From an uncultured Thermoproteaceae archaeon (GTDB taxonomy: Archaea > Thermoproteota > Thermoprotei > Thermoproteales > Thermocladiaceae): 56,085 nucleotides of DNA. Positions 49,998 to 56,085 of the stretch are shown one piece after another. Every line of letters begins with the position of its first letter. Positions within the stretch are counted from its first letter, which is position 1. Made by a program: the position numbers and the translations under genes. Below the pieces are notes generated by a model that saw only the letters and a program-made list of their open reading frames with translations, had not been told where the DNA came from and made no database searches. Location of the stretch: the NCBI GenBank assembly GCA_964575955.1, contig CAZNTG010000010.1, positions 1 through 56,085 of the forward strand, in the 5' to 3' direction.

Positions 49998-51164
49998 TCC
50001 TAGATATATCTGCTCTTTTGGTTGTTCTCCTCTTCTAAACAACTCTATACTCTTCTCTACAAGTTCTACAAAATCTTTAACATACATAACTCTCTGACCT
50101 ACACCATGTACAGCGCTTATGCCTGGAACATCTATTTTAGATATTTTCAATGCTGTACATATGTCTGAGTATACTGGACCTACAGGCATTCCTGTTATTA
50201 GCGTCTTATCGATTACTATGAATCCCTTTCTATCTTTTAGAACATTTGCAATATCTTCAACAGGTAGTGGTCTTAGAAGTCTAATTCTCATACCACCAAC
50301 ACTGTACCCCTTCTCTCTAAGGATGTCTACTGCTTCTTCAATAAATCCCCATGTTGCTCCATATGCAATAACTATGTACTCGGCATCTTCAGCTTTGTAA
50401 AGTTCTACAGTATCATACTTTCTACCAAATATCTTCTCAAATTCTCTAGCAACTTCCTTAACTACTCTATACGCATTTTTCATAGCTGGTACTTGTTGAT
50501 ATCTAATCTCATAGTACCAGTCAGGTCCTGCTAATGGTCCCATTGTTACTGGTTTCTCAACATCTAATGTTAACCATGTTCTTCTCTTAGGTACAAATTC
50601 TCTAACAATACTTTCATCATCAGGAATTTCTACAGGCTCTATCGTGTGACTCATTAAGAATCCATCATATGCAACCATTACTGGAAGTAGTACATCTGGA
50701 TGTTCACCAATTTTAAATGCCTGTACTATATTGTCAAATACTTCCTGTGCTGTTGATGATATTAGAATTATCCAGCCAGCATCTCTAGCAAGCATTAGGT
50801 CAATATAGTCACCATGTATTGATATTGGTGCTGAAAGTGCTCTACATGGAACAGCCATAACTATTGGAAGTCTAAGTCCTGAAGCTATTGGTAGTAGCTC
50901 ATATGCAAGCATTAGACCTTGACTACATGTTGCAGTGAAGACTCTAGCACCAGCTGCAGAAGCACCTATACATGCACTTAATGCACTATGCTCACTTTCA
51001 ACATGTATAATCTCAGCATCAAGTTCACCATCAGCAACAAACTCACTCAACTTCTCAGCAATTGTTGTCTGTGGTGTTATTGGATATACAGGAATAACAT
51101 CAACATCACACATCTTAGCAGCATATGCAGCAGCGTAATTTGATGTTAATGCTAGCCTAGGCAT
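49986..51164 (-). CDS. porA: 2-oxoacid:ferredoxin oxidoreductase alpha subunit
   Basis: YPITPQT, ESEHSA, TATCSQG, RALSAP, DGFLMSH. Confidence 0.93.
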   Translation of the reverse strand: MPRLALTSNYAAAYAAKMCDVDVIPVYPITPQTTIAEKLSEFVADGELDAEIIHVESEHSALSACIGASAAGARVFTATCSQGLMLAYELLPIASGLRLPIVMAVPCRALSAPISIHGDYIDLMLARDAGWIILISSTAQEVFDNIVQAFKIGEHPDVLLPVMVAYDGFLMSHTIEPVEIPDDESIVREFVPKRRTWLTLDVEKPVTMGPLAGPDWYYEIRYQQVPAMKNAYRVVKEVAREFEKIFGRKYDTVELYKAEDAEYIVIAYGATWGFIEEAVDILREKGYSVGGMRIRLLRPLPVEDIANVLKDRKGFIVIDKTLITGMPVGPVYSDICTALKISKIDVPGISAVHGVGQRVMYVKDFVELVEKSIELFRRGEQPKEQIYLGLRT

Positions 51165-51229
51165 TAGTATTTAACTATTGTAGAAATATATAATGTATTA
51201 CTCTTAACTGCATCAACAGGTATATCATT

Positions 51230-51541
51230 TTAATGTTCTCTTACTAGTGCTATTGCTTTAACTGGACACTCCTCTGCACATATTCCACATCCTTTACAGT
51301 AGTAGTAGTCTATCTCGTATGTTATTGGATATTTAACACCTTTACTAGTGACATATTCCTTATCTAGCTCCATTATAGCACCTTCAGGACAGTATGCCCA
51401 ACATATTCTACATCTAATACACTTATCCTGATCTATTATTGGTCTAAATGTCCTCCACTCACCTGTCTTAACTTTTCTGGTACTTCCAGGTTCTGTAAGT
51501 GCGCCACCTAGAGGTATCTCGTACCACTTTGGTAGACTCAT
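51230..51541 (-). CDS. porD: 2-oxoacid:ferredoxin oxidoreductase delta subunit
   Basis: KTGEWRTFRP and two 4Fe-4S motifs. Confidence 0.93.
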   Translation of the reverse strand: MSLPKWYEIPLGGALTEPGSTRKVKTGEWRTFRPIIDQDKCIRCRICWAYCPEGAIMELDKEYVTSKGVKYPITYEIDYYYCKGCGICAEECPVKAIALVREH

Positions 51542-52092
51542 TCTACCACCTTTGCTAATTTATATGCTTCTTCTACAGCCTTTTTATTAACTTCCAGTAG
51601 TCTACCTGAGAAGAACTTTTCAAGGCCTTTCAATACATCTTCAAGAGTTATCAAGTCTAGTACTCTCAATAATGCTCCTAGTATTGCAGTATTTACTATT
51701 GGTCTACCTATAGTCTTCATAGCTACATCAGTAGCATCTATATACACAACTTTTCTAAACTTCCTACTTTTCAAAACTTCTGGAATTTCTGGAGAATTTA
51801 CAACAATTACAGTATCTTCTGTAGTACCTTCTAGAGTTATTGGTAATTCTAGAAGTGTTGGATCAAGTATTACTAGATAGTCTGGATTTGTTATAGGTTC
51901 TCTATGTCTTATAGGTCTAGTACTGAGTCTAGTATATGCTTTAACTGGTGCACCCCTCCTCTCAGGTCCAAATTCTGGAAATGCCTGTGCGTAAAGTCCT
52001 TTAACTATTGCACATGTAGCAACTACCTGAGCGGCAGTTACAGCTCCCTGACCACCTCTACCATGCCATCGTATTGAGATTTCTTTCTTCAC
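51538..52092 (-). CDS. porC: 2-oxoacid:ferredoxin oxidoreductase gamma subunit
   Basis: HGRGGQGAVT, FGPERRGAPV, NTAILGA. Confidence 0.93.
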   Translation of the reverse strand: MKKEISIRWHGRGGQGAVTAAQVVATCAIVKGLYAQAFPEFGPERRGAPVKAYTRLSTRPIRHREPITNPDYLVILDPTLLELPITLEGTTEDTVIVVNSPEIPEVLKSRKFRKVVYIDATDVAMKTIGRPIVNTAILGALLRVLDLITLEDVLKGLEKFFSGRLLEVNKKAVEEAYKLAKVVE

Positions 52093-52177
52093 TATCTACA
52101 CCTATATAATTAGCATATTGTTATACTTTTTGTATTGAGATTTCTCTGCTAAATTCGACAATTATCTACACTAGATA

Positions 52178-53215
52178 TTGTATATGTCGGAGATTATAAC
52201 ATTTAAAGAGTCTCTAAATACTAAGACACTTATAGTGAGTTCAAATTATGATATTGATATTTCAATAATAGTACCAACATATAACGAAGCTGATAATATT
52301 CCAATACTAGTTGAAGAGATATCTAAAAATTTAGACGGTAAGTATAGTTATGAGATTATTATTGTTGATGATAATAGTCCTGACGGTACTGCAAATATAG
52401 CATTATCACTATCAAATAGATATCCTATAAGAGTCATCGTTAGAGATAGAAAGATGGGTCTATCATCAGCAGTAATTACAGGTTTTAACTATGCTAGAGG
52501 TAGATATCTAGTTCTAATAGATGCAGATCTACAACACCCACCTGACAAGATTTTAGATATGGCTAAACTTCTAGATGAAGGTTATGATGTAGTTATTGGT
52601 TCAAGATATGTTAAAGGAGGTAGTGATGAAGGATTGAAAGGTTTTAGAAGACTAGTATCACTATCTGCTAGAATACTTGCATGGATACTAATACCTGAAA
52701 GTAGGAGAGTTAGAGATGTTATGAGTGGTTTCTTCTCAATAAAGAGAGAATATGCACCAAAATCAACAAAATTGAAAGGTTATAAAATAATTTTACAAAT
52801 ATTAAAACAATGTAGAATATGTAGAATATGTGAAATACCTATAAAATTTAGAAGGAGAATATATGGTGAAAGTAAGTTAAAGATTAGAGAAATATTAAAC
52901 TATGTTAGAGATCTTCTAATATTATCAGAATACTTCACAATAAAGTATATAGCTATTGCATTAGCAATAGCACCAATATTAGAAATTTTAAATCCAATAT
53001 TAGGAATCTTAACAATACTATTAGGAATAGTTATTAGATGGATAATATTGAGAAAGTATGTTGGTATAGGTGCTATATCTATATCAGAAATATTATCAAC
53101 ATATTGCAAAATTACTCTAAGAACTTTGATAGGTATGATACCTGCATGGTTTATAGCATCTGGATTAGAGCTAATTTTAGTACATGTACTTAGAGGTTGG
53201 AATAAGCTTTTTTAA
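52178..53215 (+). CDS. GT2 polyprenol-phosphate glycosyltransferase (DPM1-like) with C-terminal TMs
   Basis: IVPTYNE, VDDNSPDGT, DADLQHPP, GSRY. Confidence 0.9.
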   Translation: MYMSEIITFKESLNTKTLIVSSNYDIDISIIVPTYNEADNIPILVEEISKNLDGKYSYEIIIVDDNSPDGTANIALSLSNRYPIRVIVRDRKMGLSSAVITGFNYARGRYLVLIDADLQHPPDKILDMAKLLDEGYDVVIGSRYVKGGSDEGLKGFRRLVSLSARILAWILIPESRRVRDVMSGFFSIKREYAPKSTKLKGYKIILQILKQCRICRICEIPIKFRRRIYGESKLKIREILNYVRDLLILSEYFTIKYIAIALAIAPILEILNPILGILTILLGIVIRWIILRKYVGIGAISISEILSTYCKITLRTLIGMIPAWFIASGLELILVHVLRGWNKLF

Positions 53216-54374
53216 GAACTTTTAAAAATCTTTCAGAAATTTCATAAGCATCATCTTCTGTAAGTCCTGGAGGTACTAGCATTGTTATAATATTTTTACA
53301 AACATATTCACAATTTTTCAAATCTCTAAAGATTAACTCTCTATATAGATCGTTAGAGTATTCAAAATATTTTCTAAATAGTGGTGCTTTATTTAAAGGT
53401 TCAGGATATGCTACTGTGAAAAGTTTTAAACCTTCATTATGTAGTTCATTTAAAAACCAATCTCTTGATTTTCTAATCTTTTCAAAGTTTATAATTATCT
53501 GTATAAGATTCCAACATGGTTTTGAATTTTTATCATATTTTTGAAATCTTAGTAGATTATCATCAACATATTTCTCAACTTCTTTTATGAATATTTCTGC
53601 AAATTTTCTTCTAGTCTCTACATAATATTCTATATTTTCTAACTGTGATATTCCTATAGCTGCATTTATTTCGCTCATTCTGTAGTTATATCCAAGCTCT
53701 ACGTAGTGGTATTTCCTGTCCTCACCGTGGCTTATTATGAGTCTTGCAATTTTCTCAATATTGTCATCATTTGTAGCTATTGCACCTCCCTCACCTGTTG
53801 TTATTGTCTTTGTTGGATAGAAGCTAAATGCTGACACTATTCCAAATGTTCCAACTTTCTTACCATCATACTCTGCTCCTAATGCTTGTGCACAGTCTTC
53901 TACTAGTTTTATATTATGTTCTTCACATATTTTTAATAATTCTCTAATCTTTACAGGTATACCACCAATATGTACAGCTACTAGTGCTTTGATATTTAAA
54001 TTTTTATACTTTCTTAATATATTCTCAACATCTTCAATATCTATTCCAAGAGTTTCTAATTCAATATCTGCAAATATTGGTATTGCATTATTGTGAAGTA
54101 CTGTTGATGCTGTTGCTATAAATGTAAATCCTGGAACTATTACAAAACATCTCTCACATATTCCAATACTTCTTAAACATACTTGTAGTGCTGTTGTTCC
54201 ACTTGAACATGCAACTACATGTTTAATGTTTAGGTATTTTGCTAGTAGTTGTTCAAAATTTTTAACATATCTATAGCATGTACCTGCAAGACATCCACTC
54301 TCTAAAACATCTTTAATATATTCAATAGCTTTTTCAGGTATGTATGGTCTATATGTGTAAATTCTCTTAGACAT
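53190..54374 (-). CDS. DegT/DnrJ/EryC1/StrS sugar aminotransferase
   Basis: SSGTTAL, EDCAQA, FSFYPTKTITTGEGG, GYNYRM. Confidence 0.92.
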   Translation of the reverse strand: MSKRIYTYRPYIPEKAIEYIKDVLESGCLAGTCYRYVKNFEQLLAKYLNIKHVVACSSGTTALQVCLRSIGICERCFVIVPGFTFIATASTVLHNNAIPIFADIELETLGIDIEDVENILRKYKNLNIKALVAVHIGGIPVKIRELLKICEEHNIKLVEDCAQALGAEYDGKKVGTFGIVSAFSFYPTKTITTGEGGAIATNDDNIEKIARLIISHGEDRKYHYVELGYNYRMSEINAAIGISQLENIEYYVETRRKFAEIFIKEVEKYVDDNLLRFQKYDKNSKPCWNLIQIIINFEKIRKSRDWFLNELHNEGLKLFTVAYPEPLNKAPLFRKYFEYSNDLYRELIFRDLKNCEYVCKNIITMLVPPGLTEDDAYEISERFLKVLKKAYSNL

Positions 54375-54642
54375 GTATAGACTTACCGTAGAGTACGCTA
54401 TTTATAAGATCTACAAAAAACTTAACTATACAATAAGCATAATAGCACAATCTATAGAATATGTTGGATAGATATTTAAGAAATTCAGCAATCTGAGGAT
54501 TACTCTTCTCAACATTAGAAATAAAAGATCTATACCAAGACTTAACACTAGGAAGAGAAGCTATAACATACATGAATGCTAACAACAAGATTATAAAAAT
54601 TATAGAACCAACAACTTTTAGAAAAGTAGAAACTCCAGACAT
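54367..54642 (-). CDS. Small membrane protein
   Basis: Likely start ATG 54642 (MSGVSTFLKVVG...); one TM helix; overlaps the degT start. Confidence 0.6.
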   Translation of the reverse strand: MSGVSTFLKVVGSIIFIILLLAFMYVIASLPSVKSWYRSFISNVEKSNPQIAEFLKYLSNIFYRLCYYAYCIVKFFVDLINSVLYGKSIHV

Positions 54643-54688
54643 GACGTAGAAATCTAAATTAAGAAAAATAAATATCCAACACTTACAG

Positions 54689-54740
54689 ATGATGAACCTT
54701 CCCCTCACAACAGACAAATGAAGAATGGACCGACCACTGA
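54689..54740 (+). ncRNA. Box C/D guide sRNA (first of tandem pair)
   Basis: ATGATGA accttcccctcacaa CAGA caa ATGAAGA atggaccgacca CTGA. Confidence 0.78.
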
Positions 54741-54791
54741 TGATGTAACTGGGCGGGAAAGCTGAAAACTGATGAAATACGCCTACGCTGA
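54737..54791 (+). ncRNA. Box C/D guide sRNA (second of tandem pair)
   Basis: CTGATGA (or ATGATGT) ...aactgggcgggaaag CTGA aaa CTGATGA aatacgcctacg CTGA. Confidence 0.72.
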
Positions 54792-55132
54792 TACACCATC
54801 CAACAAATAATTATACCACATTAATTAGCACATTATCAATTCTATCAAGCGTGTATCCAGCTATGTTGAGCTTAATATGTGTATAAACGCTATTACAAGC
54901 TCATTAAGTTTTGAGAAATTGATATTCAAGATTTACAACAATTTGAGAACCTATAGACACACTTAATGCCTAGAATAGTTGTCAAGCGTGATATATTTGA
55001 AAAATACTACATCTAATAATGGCTCTACATGTGGAGTGAATCTTCAATAATGTACATACACTCCCATATATGTGAGTAAACGTATCTAATATGTGTATAA
55101 TCCTTAAAGTTTACTGACGTAGCGTATCATAG

Positions 55133-55369
55133 ATGGTAGAGGTGAGTATAGGTAAGATTAAAGAGAAGTTTGAGAAGGTGAGGTCGCTTGAGGAGAAGAG
55201 GCTTGTACTTGAGTGGGTTAAGGAGTATCTGCAGTATCTTAGGACTAGGTGGGTGCAGCTCAAAGATGATGTTAGGAGGTGTGTATGGTCCGCAATTATT
55301 ACTGTGCCGCATCCTGTTTTATATTTACGGATATGTCTGTATATTCTTTCTCTGTTTGAGTTGTGCTAG
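55133..55369 (+). CDS. Small hypothetical protein
   Basis: Charged helical N-half with purine-rich codons; the tail overlaps the TnpB-like gene. Confidence 0.4.
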   Translation: MVEVSIGKIKEKFEKVRSLEEKRLVLEWVKEYLQYLRTRWVQLKDDVRRCVWSAIITVPHPVLYLRICLYILSLFELC

Positions 55370-56085
55370 TGCTCTTAGTGCTACTAGGTAGGCTGATGCA
55401 ACGTGTCGGTTTACTCTCAGTTTTTTCATAACTTCTCTGTGTTCTTCTGAACTCGATGTACCTCTTGGTTCTACGGGAATTACATGTACACCATATTTGC
55501 ATGCTATTTGCTCAATATCATCTATTATTCTAGGTCTAAAAGTAGAGACCCAGTAATTGTAATGTACCCCCTTTCGTTCACCAGACTTTATCCATGCAAG
55601 CTTTAGAGCACAAAGCACTTCCCTCTTCTCAACACCGACGGCAAGTTCAAGTTCTTCATTAATTACGAATCTTGTGAAGAGAATATGAAGCTGTTCCATA
55701 ACATAGGTTCGACAAACCTTACCTGATACACCCTGAGTCCTGAAGCGTCTAAAATCTATGATGTCCCACTCTATGACATTTCCATATTGATCAACGAGAC
55801 ACCAAGCAATGTTATCGCTATTTATGTCGAAGCCAAGTACATACTTTACCTTGTTTAAGGGAATTACTTTGTCGACACGTTTCGCATATTTCATATACAA
55901 CTCATATGGAACACTTACCTGAAGTTGAGCATATACTGCATTTGGTGCTATGCCGAGGATGTAGAGCCTTGTATTGTAGCTTACCTTACCCTCATTTGCA
56001 AGTTCTATAAGCTCCTCTGCAATCGCTCTAAACCTAGAAGATCTTGGAGGTTTAACGTTAGTTATAGTTACTTTCTCTACCCTCT
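55325..56085 (-). mobile_element. TnpB-like (IS200/IS605-related) RuvC protein, 5' part outside the window
   Basis: Frame open to the right edge (..RVEKVTITNVKPPRS..QVSVPYELYMKY..); RuvC-I GFDINS, RuvC-II VGVEK, VEPRGTS, RuvC-III NRHVASAY. Confidence 0.75.

Noticed and set aside
55325-56085. Cas12 effector for the CRISPR array
   Set aside because: 37 kb from the array, and the repeat and csx1 context indicate class 1

Overview
AT-rich, gene-dense archaeal chromosome segment, most likely Thermoproteota (Crenarchaeota) and probably Thermoproteales-like. The evidence is a short XPF, an aKMT lysine methyltransferase, a crenarchaeal-type arginine decarboxylase, an archaeal histone, CCA-encoding tRNAs and many C/D-box guide RNAs. 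Most of it is housekeeping: Trm5-like methyltransferase, xpf, trkH/trkA, topA, tyrS, DRG GTPase, livG/livF, ino1, tmk, cobO, cobQ, ABCE1, porCDA and glycosylation genes. Less ordinary content: (i) a 13-repeat CRISPR array followed only by csx1, whose spacers read mostly antisense to coding-like sequence; (ii) a decayed ~2.2 kb element integrated in tRNA-Ala(GGC), with a 46-bp att duplication, an integrase N-terminal stub and HEPN-like cargo, sharing a 38-bp motif with the flank of tRNA-Gly(CCC); (iii) a ParA/MinD + two small proteins + membrane VirB4/HerA ATPase operon; (iv) an ECF transporter operon with an oversized S-component, a membrane-anchored beta-propeller and a Gate-domain protein near cobQ/cobO; (v) a 1123-aa P-loop/coiled-coil ATPase; (vi) about nine box C/D sRNA candidates and a cooT gene absent from the ORF track; (vii) a TnpB-like RuvC protein with a D-to-H substitution cut by the right edge. 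All family calls come from motif recognition by eye, not database searches.
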